From the NCBI RefSeq assembly GCF_004010195.1, contig NC_057718.1, positions 95,978,354 to 96,014,242 of the forward strand: DNA of 35,889 nt, in the 5' to 3' direction. The number at the start of each line of letters is the position of its first letter. Position 1 is the stretch's first letter. Below, piece after piece: positions 22,636 through 33,469 of the stretch. A program made the position numbers and the translations under genes. This stretch comes from Chiloscyllium plagiosum (lineage: Eukaryota). Below the pieces are notes generated by a model. It saw nothing but the letters and a program-made list of their open reading frames with translations. It made no database searches and was not told the origin of the DNA.

Positions 22636-23500
22636 AAATATAAAACAAAACACTGGGTGTTTGATGTGTTTTCGATGAAGTAGTGAGGATTACAGGGGAA
22701 GCCAACGATTGATTCTTCTGAGTTCAGAGGTGATGGTGTAGATAAGGGATATTCTCTCTTTAGGTTTGGACAGACAAGAAGAGAAGAAAGAAAGGGCAGT
22801 CCCATTGAGTCGGGCAATAGAGGTGATATGTTGGAGGATATTGGTTGTACCAATTGTGTCAAATGTGCAAACAGGTTGCAAAAGATGCGGAGAGGTATTG
22901 GACATCACAGTCAATTACATAAAATGAATTTATTAAGAACCATTTCAGTTTACTTTCACATGTATCATATTTGAATCTGATTGATTACATGGCGTTTCTG
23001 CAGAGTAGATGGAAATGCATTAAGTTTCCTTGCCATATCTGAATCTGGAGTGGGAACAATGTAGAAATTTAAATGTGGAAGCAATTTGTTCTTGGTTCCT
23101 ACAGTGCAGTTATACTTAGGAGCAGGAAATCCTGCATGTTAATAGTTACTTGTTCTTGCCTGTCCCTATCACTGTAGTTATGATCAGCATTCCTCAACTG
23201 TTTGAATTTAGAATGCACGGCTTTATATGACCCTTCAAAAACAGGCCCCAGGCAGCTTGGTATTTCTCCAATCACAGGCTGAGGACAAACGTCTCTTGCT
23301 TGGATTCTACATGTCCCACATATACACCAGCCATATGTCTGCTATCAGGAAATACATTCTGCCACAGTAAGCCTTCGTCTCTATTGACCTAAATGGGAGA
23401 ACTGGGTTGGTAATATGCTGTGAGGGGCCTCCCTTTCCTATGGATAGATCCTGCAGTCACTTAGCTGGCTTCAGGAGACCAATTGTGACCTTTATTATCT

Positions 23501-23741
23501 TTAGATTAGATTAGATTACATTACATTACATTTCAGTGTGGAAACAGGCCCTTCGGCCCAACAAGTCCACACTGACCCGCCGAAGCGCAACCCACCCATA
23601 TCCCTACATTTACCCCTCACCTAACACTACGGGCAATTTAGCATAGCCAATTCACCTGACCCGCACATCTTTGGACTGTGGGAGGAAACCGGAGCACCCG
23701 GAGGAAACCCACGCAGACACGAGGAGAACGTGCAAACTCCA
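23501..23741 (-). mobile_element. HE1 SINE, 5'-truncated, young
   Basis: Close reverse complement of 8152-8377, with a (TTAGA)n(TTACA)n tail. Confidence 0.93.
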
Positions 23742-24351
23742 GTCATAAGTGCATGCTGAGAGAGGCTTCACCCTTTGGGTCCTCATCCAGGGCAGCTGAA
23801 GGATGACAACTTTATGGAGCTATTGCAGAGTATGATATTTTGATGTAAGGTGTATGATTTATATAAATGTCAGTATTATTAATTATTGGGTTTGGATTGT
23901 TATCTTTGAACTAGTGGCATATAGATTTTCTGTGTGTCTGAGGGTGCTTAATGATTAAGTATTTCTCTAGTCATCATGATTTGTTTCAAAATAACATCTA
24001 AAAGAGGTAGTTCTGGAGGCTAGTAGAAATTCGTTTCAATTCGTTCACAAACAAATTAAACATTGTAGTGTTTTCAGGTTTCAGATAGATGGTTCTAGAA
24101 TATTTGGTGGTCTTAGAGGAAATAACCATACCGTCAAAAATAAAGTTCTTTTTAAATTTAGGCAGTTCTGCAGAAACCGGCTGTAGCTGGATGCGTAATG
24201 CAATTGCTCCAAAGAAGGAGTAGAGATGGTTTTGATTTGTTAAAAATGAGTTACCTTAGTGTAAGGAATTTAGTTTAAAAGTTCTAGGCCAGAGGTATGA
24301 ATCCTGGAGGGGTTATGTGAAGCTGAAAAGGTCGAGATTCCATTGTTTTCT

Positions 24352-24515
24352 TTTCTTTCATTCACAGGATGAGGGCGTCACTGGCTAGGCCAACATTTTT
24401 TGCCCATCCCTAATTGCCCACAGGGCAGTTGAATCAACCACATTGCTGTGGCTCTGGAGTCACATGTGGCCCAGATCAGGTAGGGATGGCAGTTTCCTTC
24501 CCGAAAGGGCATAGT
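24352..24515 (-). mobile_element. SINE family B 3' fragment
   Basis: ttcattcacaggatgagggcgtcactggctaggcc...ctggagtcacatgtggcccaga...cagtttccttccc. Confidence 0.8.
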
Positions 24516-24593
24516 ATGATGAATCAAGGAAAAGACTATTAGATTTTCATTAGCAGGCATTGAAGCCATAGCTAAATCAAAATATCTCGTAAA

Positions 24594-25397
24594 GGAAAAG
24601 CACAGCAGGTCAGGCAGCATCCAAGGAGCATGAGAATCAATGCTTCGTGCATAAGCCCTTCATCAGGAATGAGGCTTGTAGACCTGGCGGGGATGAGAGA
24701 TAAATGGGAGGCGGGGGGGGGGGCTGGAGGAAGGTAGCTGGGAATGTGATAGGGAGATGAAGGTGGGGGAGAAAGTGATAGGTTGGAGCGGATAGTTGGG
24801 AAAGATGATGGACAGGTCAAGAAGGCGGTGCCGAATTGGAAGCTTGAGGCTGGATAAGGTGGGGGGAAGGGGAAATGTGGAAACTGTTGAAATCCACATT
24901 AATCCCATGTGGTTGCAGGGTCCCAAGGTGGAAGATGAGGTATTCTTCCTCAAGGCATTCGGTGGTTAGGATTTGGCGATGGAGAAGGCCCAGGACCTGC
25001 ATGACGGAGTGAGAAGGGGAGTTGAAGTGTTCAGCCATGGGACAGTGGGGTTGGTTGGTGTGTGTATCCCAGAAATTTACCTGTATCTCCACAAATGCCA
25101 TCTACCGTATCTGTTGCACGCGATGTGGCCTCCTCCACATTGGGGAGACAGGATGTCAATTTACACATCATTTCAAAAAGTATCTCTGGGATACCCATAC
25201 CAACAAACCCCTTCCCCCAAGTCCCACCCCTTCCCATTTATCTCTTAGCCCCTTGGCCCACAAGCCTCTTTCCTGATGAAGAGCTTATGGCCGAAATGCT
25301 TATTCTCCTGCTCCTCAGATGCTGCCTGACCTGTTGTGCTTTTCTAGCATCACAATCTCGACTCTGATCTCCAGCACCTGCAGTCCTCACTTTCTCC
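24594..25397. mobile_element. Rearranged Penelope-like element (inverted halves, GIY-YIG fragments) with 11-bp TSD
   Basis: Minus half 24594-25071 (HFNSPSHS..VLGL..LEEEYLIFHLGTLQPHGINVDF plus terminal repeat); plus half from 25070 (FTCISTNAIYRICCTRCGLLHIGETG); TSD TATCTCGTAAA 24583-24593 / TATCTTGTAAA 25398-25408. Confidence 0.9.
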
Positions 25398-26137
25398 TAT
25401 CTTGTAAAACTGCTGTATTGCTCCCCAGAAGACCAAGTTGATGTCTATACTTCAAGAATCCAATAGAGACTGGGCTGCGATGTTGTCTTCTTCAGTTCTC
25501 TACCCAAAGACCTTATGACCTCCACTATGGATATGTGGTATAAAGATCAGCATTCTCTCTGATGTTCGAGTACATAATTTTGATGTTGTTGGGATTAATA
25601 GGATTTCTTTTACTGTAAAACCTTTAAACATGCATTTGACATAAATAGTTTGATTGATTCTATTTTATCATGATTTCTTTAGCTTAATAAACTTCCATTT
25701 TATTGTCGTTACCAAATCTACAGATTTGCTTTCTTATGTTTTAGTGAGAGGTCACCAAGTTTAAACTAAACAAAAAAGACTAAATTCAATCAATGAAGTT
25801 TCAGTCTGGAATCTGATTTGTCCAATAATATTATGAGCTGGGATCATAACAACATTTGTATTATATGATATGATACCTTACAAACTTGACTTCAGAATGT
25901 GACATTATCTTTCTGTTTCTGGGCGCGAAACATTTCTCCCAGATCCTCTTCAAGTTTTTTAATCTGTCATTTGCAATGTGGGTAAATACGGCTATGTGTA
26001 GCATAAGGAATAAAATCTGACTGTGTGATATGCTAAGGAGACACTGTATACAGCATCACAGGAGGGGATGCAATGTCACATGATCTTGTCATCCCTTGCA
26101 GCCCAGTGGCAAGATGAAGTCACCATAAAATGTTTCT

Positions 26138-26729
26138 TAGGCAGAAGTGAGGACTGCAGATGCTGGAAGACAAAGTTTAGATCAGAGTGGTGCTGGAAAA
26201 GCACAGCAGGTCAGGCAGCATCCGAGGAGCAGGAAAATCGACGTTTCGGGCAAAAGCCCTTCATCAGGACTGAAGGCAGGGAGCCTGCAGGGTGGAGAGA
26301 TAATTGGGGGTGGGGTGGGGCTAGGAAGAAGGTAGCAAAGAGGTAGCATAGGTGAATGGAGGTGGGGATGAAGGTGATAGGTCAGAGGGGAGGGTGGAGC
26401 GAATAGATGGGAAGGAGGATAGGTGGAACGGAGGGTTGGCAGGTAGGACAGGTCATGAGGACAGTGCTGAGCTGGAAGATTGGAACTGGGGTAAGGTGGG
26501 AGGAGGGGAAATGAGGAAACTGATGAAGTCCACATTGATGCCCTGGGGTTGAAGTGTTCCGAGGCGGAAGATGAGGCGTTCTTCCTCCAGGCTTCGGGTG
26601 GTGAGGGAGCGGTGGTGAAGGAGGCCCAGGACCTGTATGTCCTTGGCAGAGTGGGAGGGGGAGTTGAAACGTTGGGCCACGGGGCAGTGGGGTTGATTGG
26701 TGTGGGTGTCCCGGAGATGTTCCCAAAAA
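26138..26729 (-). mobile_element. 5'-truncated Penelope-like element with 13-bp TSD
   Basis: Endonuclease C-terminus AQRFNSPSHSAKDIQVLGLLH..LEEERLIFRLGTLQPQGINVDF, 3' UTR and terminal repeat; ATAAAATGTTTCT at 26125-26137 and 26730-26742. Confidence 0.93.
26236..26271 (-). ncRNA. Minimal type I hammerhead ribozyme motif, core intact
   Basis: Minus strand: AGUC-CUGAUGA-A-GGGC-UUUU-GCCC-GAAAC-GUC-GAUU; helix I AGUC/GAUU, helix II GGGC/GCCC, palindromic ACGU in place of helix III, GUC cleavage triplet. Confidence 0.75.
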
Positions 26730-26867
26730 ATAAAATGTTTCTCGACTAAAGTTTATGTTTTCCTGAAATAATAGAATCTGTAAATATTCATCAGTAGCTT
26801 AACAAGACTAAAACAGTTACAGCTTACAACATGCTGCTGCACATTTCTAGTTTTCTTTAGAGCAATA

Positions 26868-26968
26868 AAATAAAACGAAGGAACTGGAGATGCTGAAGAT
26901 CTGAAACAAAATCAGGAATTGCTGGAGGAAATCAGCAGGTCTGGCAGCGTCTGTAAGAACTGAAGAAG
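26868..26968 (-). mobile_element. Penelope-like terminal repeat relic
   Basis: gaactggagatgctgaagatctgaaacaaaatcaggaattgctggaggaaatcagcaggtctggcagcgtctgt. Confidence 0.65.
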
Positions 26969-26969
26969 A

Positions 26970-28065
26970 GCCATAGGAACATAGGAATTAGGAGTGATAG
27001 TGAGCAATTCAGCCCTTTGAGACAGCCATTTAACATGATCATGGCTGATTTCATCCCAATCTTAAGTCCACTTTCCTAGCCCTTTATTCTGCTTTTTATT
27101 GGAAACATATGTATTTCTTTCTTGAATCCGTTGATTGATTCTACCTCCACTACACTCTGGGGCAGTGAGTTCCTGAGTTCCACAGATTCACAACCCAGTG
27201 AGAGAAATAGTTTCTCCCCATCTCCAGTTTTGAACCTAACTCCTCTCAGTCTATATCTATGGCCTCTTGTTCAAGACTGTCCTGCAAGAGGGACCATCCA
27301 TTCAATATCCGCCTTATCAATTCCCTTTAGTATTTAATGTACCTCAATCATATCTCCCCTCATTCTTCTGAACTGCAGCGAGTACAAGCCAAGTTACTCA
27401 ATCGCTCCTCAAATGAAAGCCATCTCATCCCTGGAATCCATCTGGTGATCCTGCTCTGAACTGCATCCAGTGCCTCCTCACTCTTCCTCAAGTAAGGAGA
27501 CTAACACTGGAGGCAATACTCCAGGTATGGTCTCACCAAAGCCTTAAAAAATTGTAACAACACTACTTTTATATTCCAATCCTTTTGCAATAAATGCCAG
27601 GATTCCATTTGTCTTTCTTATTATACACTGCACCTGCATTCCCACTTTCAGTGAGTCATGTGCAAAGATGCTCAGATCCCTCTGCACCGATTCACTTTGA
27701 ATCTGCTTCCCATTTAAACAATAATTTGTTGTTCTATTTTTCTCACCAAAAAGTATCATCCATGACCGTTGCTGTGTTGCACTCTGTCCCTGCTTACAAA
27801 TTGTAAACAGTTGAGGCCCAAGAACTGAACCGTGTGGCACCCTACGAGTTACAGCTCACCATCCAGGGAAGGGCCCATTCATCCCGACCCTCTGCTTTCT
27901 GTCAGTCAGCCAATCCCCTATCGAAACCAATACTCTAACCTTAACACCCTGAGATCAAACCTTCTGGATCATTCTTGTACGTGCCACCTTGTCAAATGCC
28001 TTCTGTAAGTCGAGATATCCCACATCCACCAGATCCCCATTTCTGTTATGTACTTAAAGAATCTA
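26970..28065 (-). mobile_element. CR1 LINE, 5'-truncated and internally deleted
   Basis: Minus strand: YLDLQKAFDKVA, VPHGSVLGPQLFTI, QRDLSIF..SLKV..QV..IRK.NGILAFIAKGLEYKS; (CATAGGAA) tail repeats at 26972-26990. Confidence 0.9.
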
Positions 28066-28517
28066 GCAAGTTTATAAAGCATGGCATGAAACCATGCTGA
28101 CAATGGTGAATTGAGCTTTGTTTTTCCAAGTGGAAGGGTGTAGAGGGATATGGGCCAACTGCTGGTAAATGGGAATAAAATAATTTAGGATATTTGGTCG
28201 ACATGGACCTTGATTTAAACATTGCCTATTTTTGACCTGTAAATTCATTTTCTTTTCCTGATCTGGGATTTCAGTTGGAGATTGCAAAGGTTTTGTTGAT
28301 TTTTGCTTCTGGTGGCCTTGACAACTGCTCATTGTTCCTGGCCACTTCCCAAGTGAGGATCTTGACTGACCGGGAGGGGAATTCGGCTGGATCCAGCCAT
28401 TGTGTCTGTACAAGGAAGGCACGTAACTTTATGGTTTGCATCCACTTTGCAGCTGAAAAACAGACCACTTTGAACCTTTTGAACTCAAAAGACATAGGAG
28501 CAGAAGTAGGCCATTGA

Positions 28518-28627
28518 GGCAGATGCTGGAGATCAGAGTCAAAAGTATGTTGCTGGAAAAGCACAACAAGTCAGGCAGAATCCGAGGAGCAGGAGAATCG
28601 ATGTTTCGGGCAAAAGCCCTTCATCAG
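28518..28627 (-). mobile_element. Penelope terminal-repeat fragment with near-intact hammerhead motif
   Basis: Minus strand begins CUGAUGA-A-GGGC-UUUU-GCCC-GAAAC-AUC (G to A change in the helix III palindrome; helix I 5' strand lost). Confidence 0.85.
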
Positions 28628-28701
28628 TAATTATCTGTAGTCACCCCTGGTGGTCTAGCAGTCAGCATTCAGCCCACTGAGTCTGCTCTGCCATTTAAGG
28701 A

Positions 28702-28951
28702 GGTGGCTCAGTGGTCAGCACTGCTACCTCACAGTGTCAGGGCCCCAGGTTCGGTTCCACCTTCGGGTGACTGCCTGTGTGGAGTTTGCACATTCTCCCC
28801 GTGTTCATTTCTGGTTTCATTTGGCTTCCTCCAATAAGGTTAGGTGGATTAGCAATGGGAAATGCAGGATTATGGGGTGGGTCTGGATGGGATGTTCTTT
28901 TCAGGGTCAATGGACCAAGAGTCCTGCTTCCACACTGCAGGGATTCTATGA
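28702..28951 (+). mobile_element. HE1 SINE, diverged with internal deletions
   Basis: ggtggctcagtggtcagcactgctacctcacag...tgtgtggagtttgcacattctccccgtg...ccacactgcagggattctatga. Confidence 0.85.
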
Positions 28952-29189
28952 GATCGTGACTGATCTGATAATCCCCAACACCTTTTTCATGCACTTTCTC
29001 TTAACCCTTGATTCACTCACTGACTAAAACTCTACCTACATCAGCCTTGAATATGCTTAACACAGCATACCACAGATTCACTCCTCTCTGACAGAAAAGA
29101 TTCCTCCTCATCTCTGTCTTAAATGTCTGATCCCTTTCTCTTGAGATTGTGCCCTCTGCTCCTGGACTCTCCCATTAGGAATGCCTTTG

Positions 29190-29888
29190 TTGTCCAGTGC
29201 AGGTTTATAGCTCCTTGAAAGTGGAGTCGCAGGTAGATAGGATAGTGAAGAAGGCGTTTGGTATGCTTTCCTTTATCGGTCAAAGTATTGAGTACAGGAG
29301 TTGGGAGGTCATGTTGCGGCTGTACAGGGCATTGGTTAGGCCACTGTTGGAATAGTGTGTGTAATTCTGGTCTCCTTCCTATCGGAAAGATGTTGTGAAA
29401 CTTGAAAGGGTTCAGAAAAGATTTACAAGGATGTTGCCAGGATTGGAGGATTTGAGCTATAGGGAGAGGCTGAACAGGCTGGGGCTATTTTCCCTGGAGT
29501 GTCGGAGGCTGAGGGGTGACCTTACAGAGGTCTACAAAATTATGAGGGGCATGGATAGGGTAAATAAGCAAAGTCTTTTCCCTGGGGTCGGGGAGTCCAG
29601 AACTAGAGGGCATAGGTTTAGGATGAGAGGGGAAAGATATAAAAGAGACCTAAGGGCAACTTTTTCACGCAGAGGGTGGTACGTGTATGGAATGAGCTGC
29701 CAGAGGAAGTGGTGGAGGTTGGTACAATTGCAACATTTAAGAGGCATTTGGATGGGTATATGAATAGGAAGGGTTTGGAGGCCGGGTGCTGGCAGGTGGG
29801 ACTAGATTGGGTTGGGATATCTGGTCGGCATGGACAGGTTGGACCAAAGGGTCTGTTTCCATGCTGTACATCTCTATACTCTATAACT
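29190..29888 (+). mobile_element. HER1 LINE (CR1 clade), 5'-truncated 3' end, relatively young
   Basis: KLERVQKRFTRMLPGLEDLSYRERLNRLGLFSLECRRLRGDLTEVYKIMRG, VRVWNELPEEVV; 3' tail (gggtctgtttccatgctgta) shared with HE1. Confidence 0.93.
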
Positions 29889-30261
29889 TCGTGATTGAAT
29901 TTGTCCTTTCTTTCAGGAAGTAGCCGATTTTAATTCGGTGTTTCATGGCGCAGTGGTCAATGTTGCTCTGAGGCAGAAGCACTGCGTTCCAGTCACACTC
30001 CAGGACGTGACGGTCAAAGTTCATAATGTAACCCGAACACATTGAGTAACAACCTACAAAACCTTCAACACACACTAATGACAGACAGTAAGAACAGGTG
30101 AGAATACCATGCAGTCCTATGATGGACAAATAATTGGAGTTTCTAACATTACTGTTCATATCCCCAGACTGCAATATACATGTGAAATGTGCCCTCGGCA
30201 CAGTAACACAGATTACTTTGCTGGGGAGTGCAGGGTCATTACCTTGGTTATCTGGATTCAT

Positions 30262-30912
30262 TTTCTTCATTCACAGGATAGGGGCATCTCTGGCTGGGCA
30301 GCATGTTGGCTCAGTGGTTAGCACTGCTGCCTTGCAGTGACAGGGGTCCAGGTTTCATTCCAGCCTCGGGTGAGTGTCTGTATGGAGTTTGCACATTCTC
30401 CCCCTATCTGCGTGGATATGCTCTAGTTTCCTCCCACAGTCCAAAGGTGTGCAGGTTAGGGTGAATAGGCCATGCTAAATTGTCCATAGTGTCCAGTGAT
30501 GTGTAGGTTAGGTGGATTAGTTGGAAATGTAGAACAATAGGGTTGGGGAGTGGGTGCGGGTGGGTTACTGTTCAGACGGTCGGTGTGGATTTGTTGGGCC
30601 AAATGGCCTGTTTCCACACCAGGGATTCTATGAATTTGTTGCCTATCCCTAATTGCCCAGAGGACTATTGAGAGTCACAAGTAAGTAAGGTTAGCAGATA
30701 TTCCTTCCCAAAAGGGGAACGGTGGACCAGATAAGTTTTTTTCCCAACCATCAACAATGGATTCATGATCATCATTAGATTCTTAATTCCAGATTTTTGA
30801 TGGAGTTCAAATTCCACCATATGGCATGGGATTCAAACCCAGGTTCCCAGAGCAGTATCTGAGTCTCTGGATTAATCGTCTAGTGATAATACCACTCGGC
30901 CATCACCTCCCC
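30262..30912 (-). mobile_element. SINE family B copy split by an HE1 insertion
   Basis: Tail 30262-30295 resumes at 30634 (atttgttgcctatccctaattgccc) and runs to ccactcggccatcacc. Confidence 0.8.
30296..30633 (+). mobile_element. HE1 SINE, full length
   Basis: gggcagcatgttggctcagtggttagcactgctgcc...V-domain...ggcctgtttccacaccagggattctatga. Confidence 0.9.
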
Positions 30913-31194
30913 TAGCAACTCATACGAATCAGATTTGTGTTTAACAGCGTGAGATTCATCTCTCCAATCCAACTGGGACAGATACCAGACTGAGCTCCTT
31001 GTCCTACTCGTGGTGGAGATCATGGCACCTGTGGGTCAGGCCTACCTTTGGGCAGAGAATTGGGAAAGACTACATTGCAGCCCAACCTCTGCTGGATATT
31101 TTAGGTTACAGACACCAGACCAGTCTCCTGGGAAATATAACTCTGAATTACTGCAGCTTCACAAGACATTTCTGTCAAGAAGTTCCAGGCAACT

Positions 31195-31297
31195 AAAAAC
31201 AAAAGCAGAAGTTGCTGGAAAAGCTCAGCAGGTCTGGCAGCGTCTGTGACGACAAATCATAGTTAATGTTTCAGGTCTAGTGCCCCTTCCTCAGGAC
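31195..31297 (-). mobile_element. Penelope-like terminal repeat relic with degenerate hammerhead (second subfamily)
   Basis: Minus strand: GUC-CUGAGGA-A-GGGGCACUAGACCU-GAAAC-AUU-AAC followed by the usual gacgctgccagacctgctgagcttttccagc arm. Confidence 0.7.
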
Positions 31298-31521
31298 CAG
31301 GTATCCAAAAATGTTTTCTTTTTTGATTGCTGTTTGTTCATGAAAATACTGTGGAAGTTTGCTATTCTGATGAGACAGAGTAGCAGTTACCCAGGAGAAT
31401 GACATTCAGTTCAAATGGAAGAAAATGTTTGGCTTATAATAGTTAATTACAAATTCATGAAGAAAGTCAAGCTGGAAGAAATGAAGTGATAAATACAGGA
31501 AGCTCTTCAATAACATCTTGC

Positions 31522-31556
31522 TGACAGCTGTTTGTTTACACATCAAACAGCTGTCA
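31522..31556. repeat. Perfect 13-bp inverted repeat with 9-nt spacer
   Basis: TGACAGCTGTTTG-tttacacat-CAAACAGCTGTCA. Confidence 0.95.
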
Positions 31557-32107
31557 TTTTAACAGTGAATTATCATCAAAGGGTGAGATGTCTGTTTTGT
31601 TTGTTACATTATAGACGTTATACATTTTTGAAGATTGTAGGAGAATGGTCACAAAACACCCAACTCCTTGGACACTGCTGCCAGTTGACTAGTTGTCTTT
31701 CGTAGACATAAAAATGTTGGGGTGCACCAATAGTAGACCTCCCTCCAACATGCTTTAAAGTTTACGCAAAAGTATGGGTGACTTGATCATTTGAAATCCA
31801 AGAGCTAACGTTTCAATGCTGCAGCAATCAGGTATTTCTGCGTGTCATAATACACCAGGCAAAACTAAAGATACATGCACTGAATTTGCAATCTTTCAGA
31901 GAAATCACAAAGGCCAGCAGATGTGGGCAAGCTGCAGTGGCTCAATATTTCAATCCATAACTCTTGACAAAATTGATAATGACATTGACACGATGTCGAT
32001 TTTCATTCCTCATATAATTGGAAATGAAGGTCACAAATCCAGATTATGTCATCCGTGACAGAAAGTGCAAGTTCTTAGTGTTCAAAAAAAACAATTGAAA
32101 TATAAAA

Positions 32108-32205
32108 TTAAGAACTGTGGATGCTGAAGATCTGAAATAAGTAAAGGCAGATGTTTCTGTCTCCACCGATGCTGTCAGGTCTGCAGAGATTCTGCAGCAA
32201 TTCTA
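32108..32205. mobile_element. Decayed Penelope-like fold-back relic
   Basis: aagaactgtggatgctgaagatctgaaa followed by the opposite-orientation arm tctccaccgatgctgtcaggtctgcagagattctgcagcaattct. Confidence 0.5.
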
Positions 32206-32964
32206 GCCCCTGTGACTCAAGTGTCAGACAGACAGACAAATCCAGTTAAGGGATAAATAAAAGGCAATAATGGAACTGGCCTGATTATTTAACTGGTTTT
32301 CTTGCTACATTGTTCCATAAGCATAGACCATTGATTCTTGTTTGATTTTCTGATAATGGCCATCAGGGCCACCTTTTCAGCTCATGCACAGGGCATTGGT
32401 CATATTTGTAACTTAGTTTCTATTCTCGAAATTCCCATTAGCTGCTAACTGGAGGATAGGTAGGGAGTTTTCAAATACTCGTGCTACAGCATCAACAGCC
32501 AAGTTCCTTCTCACAGAAAATACAGTGCAAAAGGCAGTCTGGCATCTCCCCACTTGGTCCCAGTTACCATACACCATCTGCTTGAACATAACAGACTTGC
32601 TGGAACCAATTCCCCGGTATTGACCTCACCAATGGCTAAACATCTGCAATCTGGTTAAACGCACTACCCTCCCCCATTTTGAAGCATCTGTCGAACCTTT
32701 TAATCAAAAACTGACTTGCAATTAACTATCAACCAATTTGTTCTGTTGTTTAATTGTATACAACACAAGCTCACAATCCCAAGGTCATTGTTAGTTCGCA
32801 GTTCTCAGTTCACAGCTCCAAATCAAAATTGATAAAAGAAAATAAAAACAATCAACGAGGATACTAACACACAGGAGAAAAGATTGTCTTCTCTGATTTC
32901 TGACTGTGTATGTGTGTAATTATGCTTAACTAGTCGATGTAACTTCTGTACATTACTATCATTA

Positions 32965-33101
32965 CTAACGAGGATTTGGTATAGCTACGGCCTAACGTCT
33001 ATGTCCTTATACTCTTCATTCCTATATTCCTATACCCTTATTCCTATACATATACTTATGGGGATAAGGCAGGAACAGGATACTGATTGTGGATGATCAA
33101 T
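32965..33101 (+). repeat. 137-bp dispersed direct repeat, copy of 34322-34458
   Basis: Ungapped alignment with 6 mismatches by manual count; flanked by ATTACTATC at 32952-32960 and 33100-33108. Confidence 0.95.
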
Positions 33102-33469
33102 TACTATCTGGTTAAGTCAAATGCTTCTTCCTGTTATGATGCTGTAATGATAGTAGATATGCCTTGAGATATCTCATAGAAAGGGTAAATAAAAATGTTA
33201 GCATTAATCCACCTCAACAAAAGCTATCAGTTATTGATAACACAACATCCAACAAGGGAAGCCTTTGTCTTCCTAATATTTAACTGAAGAAATTACTGCT
33301 CGTCCAAGACAACCCTCATAGTTGCAGTAGGGAGAAAATTTAATGTGAAATCAATTCTTCAAGGTGTTGAACAGGTATTATTATTGCAGTTCTGAAGCAG
33401 CTAAAGCATGACCTGATTCAACACTTGCCTTGTAAATAAATTCTCTTCCATCAGTTGCTGATACATGGG

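Larger units (their letters stand above)
23898..25851 (+). mobile_element. Probable solo LTR (Gypsy-like) hosting nested SINE and Penelope insertions
   Basis: TGTTAT at 23898 and ATAACA at 25846-25851, AATAAA at 25686, 3' end ctgggatcataaca typical of shark LTRs; flanks (ggat/acat) are not a clean TSD, so the 5' end is uncertain. Confidence 0.4.
28490..29175 (-). mobile_element. CR1 3' tail interrupted by Penelope, filler DNA and HE1
   Basis: cataggagcagaagtaggccatt | cagcccactgagtctgctctgccatt | gatcgtgactgatctgataatc...ttcctcctcatctctgtcttaaa. Confidence 0.75.

Noticed and set aside
29395..29894. LINE and Penelope ORFs as functional genes
   Set aside because: All are 5'-truncated with stops or frameshifts; no intact RT or endonuclease ORF in the window.
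30078..30097. MTDSK resembles the AP1B1/AP2B1 N-terminus
   Set aside because: Similarity stops after five residues (KN rather than KYFTT).
31816..32058. 80-aa plus ORF and an overlapping open minus frame
   Set aside because: No recognisable domain, codon bias or convincing splice sites.
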